Shown: piece after piece, positions 53,740 to 62,566 of the stretch
How positions within the stretch are numbered: the stretch's first letter is position 1
Layout of the letters: the number at the start of each line of letters is the position of its first letter
Source of the DNA: Candidatus Limnocylindrales bacterium
GTDB taxonomy: Bacteria; Chloroflexota; Limnocylindria; Limnocylindrales; CSP1-4
Direction of reading: 5' to 3'
Assembly: GCA_049520815.1 (NCBI GenBank)
Contig: JBEKPL010000003.1
Span: forward strand, 1 to 62,636
DNA length: 62,636 nucleotides
The notes under the pieces: model-generated
What the model saw: the letters and a program-made list of their open reading frames with translations, nothing else
Told to the model about the DNA's origin: nothing
Database searches by the model: none
Translations under genes and position numbers: made by a program

Positions 53740-54581
53740 GCCCCCGCCAGCTCTCCGAATCTGCGCGACCACTCCTCCGGCAGGCCCACCGGCACGCCGT
53801 CCGCAGCGACGTAGCCCGGCGGCACCTCCAGCTCGAGAAAGAACTCCCGATTGCCCGCCGGGCCGGTCAGCGGCGAGGCGATCGCGTTCCGCAGTTTCAG
53901 GCCGATCCCGAGGGCGTACTGGGCCACGGTTTCCAGGGTCTGGCGGTGGATCTCGGGATCGCGCACGACTCCGTCCCGGACCTGCCTGCGCCCGGCCTCG
54001 AACTGCGGCTTGACCAGCGCGACGATCCTGCCCCCGAGCGGCCCGAAGCACGTGGCCACCGGCCGCAGGATTCGGTCCAGCGAGATGAACGAGACATCGA
54101 CGACGGCCAGGTCCACGGCGGTCGGAAGCGCGCCCGGTCCGAGGGCGCGGGCATTGGTGCGCTCCATGGAGACGACGCGCGCGTCGTGCCTCAAAGTCTC
54201 GGCCAGCTGGCCCCGTCCGACGTCCACGGAATAGACACGACTCGCATCGCGCTGCAGCAGTAGGTCCGTGAAACCGCCCGTAGACGACCCCACGTCCAAG
54301 CACACCAGACCGCCGGGCTCGATCCCGAAGAAGTCCAGGGCGGCCCGGAGCTTCAAGCCGCCCCGAGACACGAACGGCGGCGGCGCCTCGACTTCCAGGG
54401 CGATGGTCGTCGCCACGAGATCGCCGGGCTTGCGGTCCGTGCGCGCAGCCGCCCCCTCGCCGACCCGCACGTGGCCCCCCATCACGAGGGCTTGAGCGCG
54501 GGTTCGGCTCTCGGCCAGGCCTCGCTCCACCAGGAGCTGGTCCAGGCGCTGGCGCGTCGGGCGGTCTGCGGCAGGGCTCAT
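53736..54581 (-). CDS. tlyA: TlyA-family rRNA 2'-O-methyltransferase
   Basis: S4 domain (RLDQLLVERGLAESRTRAQALV) and FtsJ-like MTase (CLDVGSSTGGFTD, DVSFISL). Confidence 0.9.
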   Translation of the reverse strand: MSPAADRPTRQRLDQLLVERGLAESRTRAQALVMGGHVRVGEGAAARTDRKPGDLVATTIALEVEAPPPFVSRGGLKLRAALDFFGIEPGGLVCLDVGSSTGGFTDLLLQRDASRVYSVDVGRGQLAETLRHDARVVSMERTNARALGPGALPTAVDLAVVDVSFISLDRILRPVATCFGPLGGRIVALVKPQFEAGRRQVRDGVVRDPEIHRQTLETVAQYALGIGLKLRNAIASPLTGPAGNREFFLELEVPPGYVAADGVPVGLPEEWSRRFGELAGA

Positions 54582-54645
54582 GCCGTCAATCGTGGCACAC
54601 CCGGCTCATCTCGTGCTGCGCAGGCACGCGGTTCGAGCCCCGAGA

Positions 54646-56793
54646 CTAGGAGGGCCGGGCGTCGATTCGCGCTCGATTCGCGGATCGCACCGCAGCAGCG
54701 GCCTTCGGGGTGGCCTTCAGTCTCACCAGAGTCTCGCAAATCTGCCCAGCGATGCCCGCGGCGTCGAGTCGAAGCAGCCGGCGCAATTGATCGACCGACC
54801 CATGCTCGATGAAGCGGTCGGCCGGAATGCCGACTATCCGGACCGCGACATCGCGATACGCGGGATCGGCCAGCCGTGCTTCCTCGAGCACTTCCAGCAC
54901 GCCGGCCCCGAAGCCGCCGGTCACGACGCTCTCTTCGAGCGTGACGAGCAGAACCTTGCCCCGGGCCTGGTCCAGGATGAGCTGCCGATCGAGTGGCTTG
55001 GCGAAACGGGCATTGATCAAGCCGACAGACCAGCCCGCCGCTGCGAGCATGTCAGCGGCTTGCCGACCCCTCTCGACGATCGGTCCGAACCCGACGATGA
55101 GGACGTCGCGACCCTCTCGCAGCACCTCGCCGACGCCGACCGGGAAGACCTGAGGCTGCCGGACCGGTACGCCGAATCCGGGGTCGCGTGGATAGTGAAG
55201 CGCGAACGGGTGGTCCTGAGAGAACGCCGTCCGTACGAGGGAGCGCAGCTCCTGCTCGTCCTTGGGGCTGGCGATGACCATCCCGGGCATCTGGCGCTGG
55301 CTCGGAATGGTGAACATGCCCTGGTGGCTGGTCCCGTCCTCGCCTACGAGCCCCGCGCGGTCCACGGCGATCACCACCGGCAGGTCGTTCTGGCAGACGT
55401 CGTGGATCTCCTGGTCGAAGGCCCGCTGCAGGAACGTCGAGTACAGAGCGACGACCGGCCTCTCCCCGGCCAGAGCCATGCCGGCCGAGAGCGCCACCGC
55501 ATGCTGCTCGGCGATCCCGACATCGATGAAGCGGTCCGGGAACCTTTCCTGGAAGAGATGGAGGCCGGTTCCGGTCGGCATCCCCGCGGTGACCGCGACG
55601 ATGCGCCGGTCCGTAGCCGCGAGCTCGATCAACTCGCGGGCGAAGTGATAGGTGTAGTTGGGCGGCCATTTCGCGGCGGCCTTCCTGGCCGCGTCGGAGG
55701 GCGTGCCCATGTCCGCTCCTCCGGCCGACGCGCTGCCGTTGCCGGAGGGCTCCACCGGAGCCTCGTCGAAGCGGCCGGGGACCGGCATCGCGCTCTCCTT
55801 GCGGGCCAGAGCCGGGCCGGTCAAAGCGGGATGCGGGCTCGGGCTCCGCATCGCCGCCGCGCCGGGGCGCTCCGGCAGTTCGGTCATCGGCGGCAGCGCG
55901 GCCCCATGGAAGCCTACCTGGTCGCGCTCGGCAGGCCGGTAGCCGCGCCCCTTTCGGGTTCGGACGTGGACGAGAACCGGGCCCGGTACTTCGAGTGCGG
56001 CGCGGAAGATATGCTCCAGGCCGCGCACGTTGTGGCCCGGTATGACGCCCAGGTAGGTGATCCCGAGATCCTCGAACAGCTGGCCGGGTTGAGCGAAGTT
56101 GACCACCATCCGCCGGATACGCCGCGACAGCGAGAGGGCCGGCTGGCCGACCACCGGCAGGGCTTCGACCAACCGGTCGTAGGCCGTCTTGCTCTGCTTC
56201 CAGGCCGAGGACAGCTTCAAGGTCGAGAAGTACTGGCTGAACGCCCCGACCGTGGGGCTGATCGACATCGCGTTGTCGTTCAGCACGATCAGGAGCTGGG
56301 TCTGGCGGTGTCCGATATCGTTGAGCGCCTCGAGAGATAGACCGCTGATGAGCGCCGCGTCGCCGACGACGACCGCAATCCGCTCCATCGAGTGGCGCAT
56401 GTCTCTGGCCGTAGCCAGACCCTGCGCGATCGACAACCCGGTGCCGGCGTGGCCACCATCGAAGACGTCGTGCTCGGACTCGTCACGCCTTGGGAATCCG
56501 CTGATCCCACCCAGCTGCCGCAGGGTTGGAAAACGCGAGTAGCGGCCGGTCAGAAGCTTGTGGGCGTAGGCCTGATGACCGGTGTCCCAGACGATCTTGT
56601 CACGCGGCGACTCGAGGACCCGGTGCAGGGCCAGCGTCAGCTCCACGACGCCGAGGGACGACCCGAGGTGGCCGCCCGTCTTCGCGACGGTAGCGATGAT
56701 GTACTCGCGGATCTCCGCCGCCAACCCGTCGAGTTGGGCGTCGCTGAGACCGCGCAGGTCGCCGGGGCCCTGCAGCCTGGGCAGGATGGCCAA
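54646..56793 (-). CDS. dxs: 1-deoxy-D-xylulose-5-phosphate synthase with an expanded inter-domain linker
   Basis: GGHLGSSLG, DTGHQAYAHK, GDGALISG, IAEQHAV. An insert of about 70 aa, Pro/Ala/Ser-rich, lies between domains I and II (715 aa total). Confidence 0.95.
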   Translation of the reverse strand: MAILPRLQGPGDLRGLSDAQLDGLAAEIREYIIATVAKTGGHLGSSLGVVELTLALHRVLESPRDKIVWDTGHQAYAHKLLTGRYSRFPTLRQLGGISGFPRRDESEHDVFDGGHAGTGLSIAQGLATARDMRHSMERIAVVVGDAALISGLSLEALNDIGHRQTQLLIVLNDNAMSISPTVGAFSQYFSTLKLSSAWKQSKTAYDRLVEALPVVGQPALSLSRRIRRMVVNFAQPGQLFEDLGITYLGVIPGHNVRGLEHIFRAALEVPGPVLVHVRTRKGRGYRPAERDQVGFHGAALPPMTELPERPGAAAMRSPSPHPALTGPALARKESAMPVPGRFDEAPVEPSGNGSASAGGADMGTPSDAARKAAAKWPPNYTYHFARELIELAATDRRIVAVTAGMPTGTGLHLFQERFPDRFIDVGIAEQHAVALSAGMALAGERPVVALYSTFLQRAFDQEIHDVCQNDLPVVIAVDRAGLVGEDGTSHQGMFTIPSQRQMPGMVIASPKDEQELRSLVRTAFSQDHPFALHYPRDPGFGVPVRQPQVFPVGVGEVLREGRDVLIVGFGPIVERGRQAADMLAAAGWSVGLINARFAKPLDRQLILDQARGKVLLVTLEESVVTGGFGAGVLEVLEEARLADPAYRDVAVRIVGIPADRFIEHGSVDQLRRLLRLDAAGIAGQICETLVRLKATPKAAAAVRSANRARIDARPS

Positions 56794-56954
56794 CTTCGTC
56801 TGCTCCTGGGCGGATCCCCCATCCGCACCTGCTGCTGGAGGCGTTTCTACCTGGAAGCGGTCGGCGCCTCTCGTCTGTCTAGCGGCAGTCTACCGCTCCT
56901 GTTGACCGCCGCCCGGGAAGTTGCCGACGGCTCCGAGGCGCGGACCGTGACGCC

Positions 56955-57266
56955 CTACTCCTGGTCGGGGGCCTCGCCTGCGTGCGCCTCGGCGACCTCG
57001 AGGGCTCCAGAAGACCGCTCCAGGAGCCGCTGAACGCGGAGCTCCGCCTGGCCCAGCAACGTGGCGCAACGCTCGTGGAGGGCGACTCCGCGTTCGTAGA
57101 GGGCCAGCGAGCGCTCCAGCGGCAATCCACCCTGCTCCAGCTCGGAGACGGCTCGCTGCAGCTCCGTCAGGGCCTCGTCGAAGGAAAGCGAATCGATCTC
57201 GACGGCCGCTTCGGGGCCCGGTTGATCACTCACCGCGGATCTCCTCCTGGCCGGTCGCAATGACAT
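56955..57266 (-). CDS. xseB: Exodeoxyribonuclease VII small subunit (start more likely GTG 57233)
   Basis: LSFDEALTELQRAVSELEQGGLPLERSLALYERGVALHERCATLL. Confidence 0.85.
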   Translation of the reverse strand: MSLRPARRRSAVSDQPGPEAAVEIDSLSFDEALTELQRAVSELEQGGLPLERSLALYERGVALHERCATLLGQAELRVQRLLERSSGALEVAEAHAGEAPDQE

Positions 57267-57489
57267 GTGTATCCCCGGAGAGTAGTCGATCCTGCAGGGT
57301 GGCAGAGCGATCGGCCGCGCAGGCGTCCGCAGCAGTGGCAGCAGCCTCGCCCGGCGGATCGGCGACCGAAGCCCGCGCCTCCAAAGCGCTATCCAGACGC
57401 CTGCCCAGAAGCATGCCGAAACGGACCGACATCCCGAAAGCGATGACGGCGGCGATCAGTAGGGCTGCCGCCGAGGCGAGAATCTCCAT
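57226..57489 (-). CDS. Small membrane-anchored ORF wedged between xseA and xseB
   Basis: 87 aa, MEILASAAALLIAAVIAFGMSVRFGMLLG (one TM). Its ATG shares 1 nt with the xseA TGA, and its TGA overlaps the likely xseB GTG (GTGAGTGA). Confidence 0.4.
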   Translation of the reverse strand: MEILASAAALLIAAVIAFGMSVRFGMLLGRRLDSALEARASVADPPGEAAATAADACAADRSATLQDRLLSGDTHVIATGQEEIRGE

Positions 57490-59060
57490 CAAGCCCGGCC
57501 CTCAGACGAAGTAGTGTCCTCGACGCGCGCGGCTATGTCTCCGCGGGCGACCCTGATCGAGAGTCTGCTGTCGATCGGCGCCTCCGCCGGATCCCTCACC
57601 ACCAGACCGTCTGGATCGCGACGCACGATTGCGTAGCCACGGTCCAGCGTTGCCTGCGGTCCGAGAGCCTGCAGCGAAGCGGCGTTCCGCTCGACCGATG
57701 CGCGCGCCACCGCCAGGCTCGCGTCCGCGACTGGGGCGAGCCGCACCAGAACCCCCGTTTCCAGCGCCCTCCGGCGAGCCATCTCGTCTCGCAGCGCGCG
57801 GGTCGCTCGATCCAGCAGATGGCCGGCCCGCTCGCGCGCCTGAGCCAGCTGGGCGCCCGGCCGCAGACGCTCGAGGGCGCGGCCTTCAGCTGCCAGCTCG
57901 TTGCGTGCCGACGCCACGGCCGCCAGCGCGCGACTCCGAGCCCGCCGTTCCAGCTCGGCGGCGCCCGCCGCGACTTCCGAGCGATCCGGAACGACCAGCT
58001 CGGCGGCGGCCGAGGGAGTGGGCGCTCTGACATCCGCGGCGAAGTCGGCGAGCGTCACGTCCACCTCGTGACCCACGCCGCACACCACCGGCACGGGGTG
58101 AGCGACCACGGCCCGCACGACCCGCTCGTCGTTGAACGACCACAGGTCCTCCAGCGAGCCGCCGCCACGGGCCAGGATGACCACTGCCGGGGCCTCCTGC
58201 GCCCTGCCCTCCGCCCGCAGCGCCTCGCCCCAGCGGGCGAGCCTGTCCAACCCGGCCACTACGCTCACGGCCGCCCCGTCGCCCTGAACCTGGCAGGAGG
58301 AAAGCACCAGCCTCGCCAGCGGCCAGCGGCGGCCGATGACCTGGCAGATGTCGTGCCAGACGGCGCCGGTAGCGCTCGTAACCACGCCGATGACCGCGGG
58401 TCGGAAGGGCAGCGGCCGCTTCCGGGCCGAGTCGAATAGTCCCTCGGCCGCCAGCTTGGCCTTGAGCGCCTCGAACCTGAGGGCGAGGTCGCCGAAGCCG
58501 GCCGGCTGGACGCTCGATACGTAGAGCTGATACAGGCCCTGGGACTCGAAGACGTCGATGCGACCGTGGACGACGATACGCAGCCCGGTCCTGGCCTCGA
58601 ACGGGGAGGCAAGGCGATTGTCCCGGAAGAAGATGCAGGCCAGCTGGCTGCGCTCGTCCTTCAGGGTGAAGTAGCAGTGGCCGGCGGACGAGACCGTCAC
58701 ACGGCCAACCTCGCCCTCCACCCAGAGATCGCGCAGGGCGGGCTCCGAGCGGACGGCCTCCCGGACCGCGCGAGTGACCTCGCTGACTCCAAGGATCCGA
58801 AGATCGAAATCGGAGATAGCCTGCGCCGGCCCTCCGGACCCACCGGCCACCGGCCCGGACGGGGCGCCGGCCCCTGGCGCTTCCACCGGCGGTTCGATCT
58901 GCACGGCGGGATCGACCTGCATATGCGGATCGACGACCGCGTCCCAGGCCGGCAAGACCCAGTCAGGCGGGCCCTTGCGTCGACCACGGCGAGGCTCAGG
59001 ATCCGCCGACGGCAGATCGTCCCACAGCCTGTCGTTCTCGGGCGGATCGCCGCGACTCAA
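57489..59060 (-). CDS. xseA: Exodeoxyribonuclease VII large subunit (about 85-aa N-terminal extension, or a later start)
   Basis: VSEVTRAVREAV...LWVEGEVGRVTVSSAGHCYFTLKD (OB fold), GVVTSATGAVWHD, ARGGGSLEDLWSFNDE. Confidence 0.9.
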   Translation of the reverse strand: MSRGDPPENDRLWDDLPSADPEPRRGRRKGPPDWVLPAWDAVVDPHMQVDPAVQIEPPVEAPGAGAPSGPVAGGSGGPAQAISDFDLRILGVSEVTRAVREAVRSEPALRDLWVEGEVGRVTVSSAGHCYFTLKDERSQLACIFFRDNRLASPFEARTGLRIVVHGRIDVFESQGLYQLYVSSVQPAGFGDLALRFEALKAKLAAEGLFDSARKRPLPFRPAVIGVVTSATGAVWHDICQVIGRRWPLARLVLSSCQVQGDGAAVSVVAGLDRLARWGEALRAEGRAQEAPAVVILARGGGSLEDLWSFNDERVVRAVVAHPVPVVCGVGHEVDVTLADFAADVRAPTPSAAAELVVPDRSEVAAGAAELERRARSRALAAVASARNELAAEGRALERLRPGAQLAQARERAGHLLDRATRALRDEMARRRALETGVLVRLAPVADASLAVARASVERNAASLQALGPQATLDRGYAIVRRDPDGLVVRDPAEAPIDSRLSIRVARGDIAARVEDTTSSEGRA

Positions 59061-59107
59061 CCGTCGCTCCTCTGCTCGACCGCGCCAATCGTCCCCTGAG
59101 TCGGACT

Positions 59108-59665
59108 CTAGAGACGCGTCTGATACTCCCCGGTTCGAGTGTCGACCCTGATGCTGTCGCCTTCGTTCACGAAGATGGGCACCTGGATGGTCAGGCCTGT
59201 CTCGAGCTTGGCCGCCTTCCGGGCTCCCGTCTGGGTGTCTCCGGCGAACCCCGGCTCGGTCTCGATGACCTTGAGGTCCGCGGTGACAGGCAGCTCGACG
59301 CCGATCGTTTCACCCTCGTAGCTGGTCCGATCGAGGAGCATGCCTTCCTTGAGGTAGTTCACGCTATCGTCGAGCTGATCCGCAGTCAGGCTGAACTGCT
59401 CGTAGCTCTCCGTCTCCATGAAGTGGTAGTCGCTGCCGTCCCGATACAGGAACTGGATCTGGCGGTGATCCATCTGGGCGCGAGGCCACTTCTCACCGGC
59501 CTGGAAGCTCCGCTCGACCGTCTGGCCGCGCTTGATGTTGCGGAGCTTGATGCGGACCTGGGCCGAACCTCGCCCCATCTTGATGTGGTGGTAGTCGAGG
59601 ATCTGCCACAGCTCGCCGTCGAGCTCGATGGCCACACCCTTGCGCAGGTCGCTGGTCGAGATCAT
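59108..59665 (-). CDS. efp: Elongation factor P
   Basis: MISTSDLRKGVAIELDGELWQILDYHHIKMGRGSAQVRIKLRN... Confidence 0.97.
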   Translation of the reverse strand: MISTSDLRKGVAIELDGELWQILDYHHIKMGRGSAQVRIKLRNIKRGQTVERSFQAGEKWPRAQMDHRQIQFLYRDGSDYHFMETESYEQFSLTADQLDDSVNYLKEGMLLDRTSYEGETIGVELPVTADLKVIETEPGFAGDTQTGARKAAKLETGLTIQVPIFVNEGDSIRVDTRTGEYQTRL

Positions 59666-59889
59666 GGTCGCAGAAGGCTCCTAGAGTGCACGCGGACGTG
59701 GTCGCCCCCGGTGCCAAACCCGGATTGTAACGGAGCAGCGAGCCATGGCGGGACTTGCCAGGTCATCGAGCCCGCCGGCGTGTCAGATGCTCGTTCACAG
59801 CCGTTGCTCAGAGGATCGGCTGCCAACGGCCATTTCAATACCGTGCGACGGTCCGCCCTGAGCGCTGACCATCGGGCGGCGCAAGCGTC

Positions 59890-61179
59890 CTATACCCCGA
59901 CTACGAGGACCTCGCGCGGGAATGCCGTTAGGCGATCGAGCCTGCCGGCGGCCTTGTCGTGGCAAACCAGATCCTCGATTCGAACCCCGGTCTCGTCATC
60001 CAGGTAGATGCCAGGCTCCACGCTGAACACCGTGGGGCTCGGAAGCGGATCCTCCGTGGCCACGCGGCTGAGAGAGGGTAGCTCGTGAGTGGCCAGTCCG
60101 ATGCCGTGGCCCAGGCCATGGCCGAAATGCTCTCCGTGGCCCGCGGCCTCGATCACGGCCCGAGCGGCCGCGTCGATCTCCCGACCGTTTGGCGCCGAAC
60201 GCTCGCCTCGTACCGAAGACGCGAGCATGTCCATCGCCGCTTGCTGGGCGGCCGCCACGGTCTCGTAGACCTGTATGTCGCGCGCCGCAGGCTCACCCAC
60301 GAAGAAGGTCCTGGTCATGTCGCTGCGGTAGCCGTCCACCATCGCCCCGAAATCGAACAGGAGCACTTGACCGATGCGGGCTTCTCGGTCGGATGGCGAC
60401 CCGTGCGGCAGCGCTGCGTTGGGGCCGGCCAGGCAGGCGATCCCGAAAGCCAGCGCATCCGCTCCGCCGGTCCGCATCTCCCACTCGAGCGCCAGGGCCA
60501 GATCGCGCTCAGTCTGCCCGGGCTTGATCCGCCGCAGGATCGACGCGAGAGCGCGGTCGGCCACGGCGCAGGCGGCCTGGATCCGCTCGATCTCGGAAGG
60601 CTCCTTGACGGCCCGATCTGCCTCGACCCAGGCCGGAGCCGCGACCAGCTCCACGTCCGGTGCCGCGCCCTGGAGCTCCTGCCACAGCTGATGGCTGACC
60701 CAGCCGGCCTCGACTGCCACACGCTTCGCGCCCACGCTCTTGACCAGAGGGGGCCAGATGGCAGCGAGGTCGTAGGTGGTGGGCTCGATCCGGGCCCCGG
60801 GCGCCTGCGCTTCCGCCTGAAGCCTGTACCGGGCGTCGGCGAGAACCACGACCTCATCGCCGGAGATCAGGAACCGTCCCGAGTTGCCGGCCACTCGATC
60901 CTCGCCGTCCTCGAGCGTGAAACCGGTCAGATAGCGCATGTGCTCGGGCCGGACACCGAAGTACGCATCGAGCCCCAAGTCGCGGAGCCGTGCCCGCAGA
61001 CGAGCCAGCCGCTGGGGTCGCGCTGAGACGTCCGCCTCTCCCCAGCGCGCCCGATCCGCCGCGCTCGGCGGTGCGGGGAAGTCCGCCGGGTGGGGCAAGG
61101 GCCGCACGAGGTTCGTCACCACCTCATGGTAGCGACGCCGCCGCGCAACGCATATGAATCCCGGCCTTCGCTCCGGCAA
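59890..61179 (-). CDS. pepP: Xaa-Pro aminopeptidase (M24B)
   Basis: FDFGAMVDGYRSDMTRT, HGLGHGIGLATHE, VFSVEPGIY. The start is probably internal to the ORF-track version. Confidence 0.88.
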   Translation of the reverse strand: MPERRPGFICVARRRRYHEVVTNLVRPLPHPADFPAPPSAADRARWGEADVSARPQRLARLRARLRDLGLDAYFGVRPEHMRYLTGFTLEDGEDRVAGNSGRFLISGDEVVVLADARYRLQAEAQAPGARIEPTTYDLAAIWPPLVKSVGAKRVAVEAGWVSHQLWQELQGAAPDVELVAAPAWVEADRAVKEPSEIERIQAACAVADRALASILRRIKPGQTERDLALALEWEMRTGGADALAFGIACLAGPNAALPHGSPSDREARIGQVLLFDFGAMVDGYRSDMTRTFFVGEPAARDIQVYETVAAAQQAAMDMLASSVRGERSAPNGREIDAAARAVIEAAGHGEHFGHGLGHGIGLATHELPSLSRVATEDPLPSPTVFSVEPGIYLDDETGVRIEDLVCHDKAAGRLDRLTAFPREVLVVGV

Positions 61180-61213
61180 GTCCCCCCGCCGAGCCCGGCC
61201 CCAACTCGAAGTG

Positions 61214-62566
61214 CTAGTGGCCGTACTTCTTGGCGTTGGCGTCCTGCTCGGCCTGGGTCTTCGCGAAGGCGTGCGTGCCGCTGCCGTCGTTCTTGGCCAG
61301 GAAGTACAGGTAGCCGTCGGCCGTGTTGGGTGACATGGCGGCCAGCAGAGACGGTGCGCTGGGCGAGCAGATCGGGCCGGGCGGGAGGCCGGCGTGGCTG
61401 TAGGTGTTGTATCCGGCGAGCTTCCCGGGAAAGACGACCTGGCTGAGCGCCCCCGACGTCTTGATCGAGGTCCAGAACGTGTAGTTCACCCATGTGGCGA
61501 TCGGGTGGGCCGGATCCTGCAGCCAGACGGAGTCGTTGGCGTAGTTGAGAGTCGGGTTGGCGTTGAGCAGCCCCGTCGGCCACATCTTCGGATTGAGCCG
61601 GTTGACGTATACGCCAGCGATGAGGGGCCGGTCCGAGTCCACCTTCGCTTCGCTTTCGACAAGTGACGCGATGTTCACCTTCTGGTAGATCTGATCAGGC
61701 GGCAGCTTCAGGAGTGCCGGCGGGGCATGGCTGGCGAAGGCATCGAGCAACATGCTCAGCAGCTCGGCCGGCGTCGTGTCCGGGGCGACGTCGTACGTCG
61801 CAGGGAAGAGAAAGCCTTCGAGCGAGGCCCCCGCAGGCAGTTTCAACCACGGATAGCTGGCGAGCAGCTCGGCGGGCGGATTCATGGCCAGCTGGTAGAA
61901 CTGGCTGGGATTCATCGTCAGCGGCGCGGTTGGGTCGTCCGGGCTGGCCTCTTTCAACTCGAGCAAGGCCACCATCTGCTCGATCCTCAGCCCCTCGCGG
62001 AAGGTGAGGCGCACGGCCGGCGGGGCAACGGGCGGCTGGATCAGAATGGAGATCGTCTCGTCCACCGTTAGCGACTTGCCGACGACGTGCCGGCCGATCT
62101 GGAATTCCGAGGTCACGTCCCGCTGGATGGCCTGGAACACGAAAGCTCGAGCGTCGGCTATGGCGCCGGCCTTGACCAGCTGGTCTCCTATCTCCTTCGG
62201 CGTCTCGCCCGCGGCAATGACGACGACGATGGGCGTCTTGTCGCCGGCATCGACGGGCTCGGTCAGGCCGGAGCCGAGCTGGCCGCGGACGAGGTCGGCC
62301 ACGAACGGCACCTGGAGCGCCGTCGGGTTCTCCGCGGCCCAACCGACGATGCCGTCGACCACGATGGGTCGCGCCACGAAGTACAGCCCACCCAACACGA
62401 GCCCCCCGAGCAGGAGTGTGAAGATGGCGAAACGGATGACGTGGCCGGGCCCGCTCGATCGGCCCGAGCGGTAGTCGCGCTGCGTCTCCAACGAGGCCGG
62501 ACGACGTCCTGCGGCCACGTCCTCGGCAGTCGGGGGAACGAAGTCGTCCCATCCCGTGTCGATCAC
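61214..62566 (-). CDS. mltG: Endolytic murein transglycosylase MltG (YceG-like); the frame stays open upstream to the window edge
   Basis: TM FAIFTLLLGGLVLGGLYFV, then ASLVESE, GLPPGPICSPS, YLYFLAKNDGSGTHAFAKT. GTG 62566 has a G-rich SD, but there is no in-frame stop in the 23 codons upstream. Confidence 0.88.
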   Translation of the reverse strand: MIDTGWDDFVPPTAEDVAAGRRPASLETQRDYRSGRSSGPGHVIRFAIFTLLLGGLVLGGLYFVARPIVVDGIVGWAAENPTALQVPFVADLVRGQLGSGLTEPVDAGDKTPIVVVIAAGETPKEIGDQLVKAGAIADARAFVFQAIQRDVTSEFQIGRHVVGKSLTVDETISILIQPPVAPPAVRLTFREGLRIEQMVALLELKEASPDDPTAPLTMNPSQFYQLAMNPPAELLASYPWLKLPAGASLEGFLFPATYDVAPDTTPAELLSMLLDAFASHAPPALLKLPPDQIYQKVNIASLVESEAKVDSDRPLIAGVYVNRLNPKMWPTGLLNANPTLNYANDSVWLQDPAHPIATWVNYTFWTSIKTSGALSQVVFPGKLAGYNTYSHAGLPPGPICSPSAPSLLAAMSPNTADGYLYFLAKNDGSGTHAFAKTQAEQDANAKKYGH

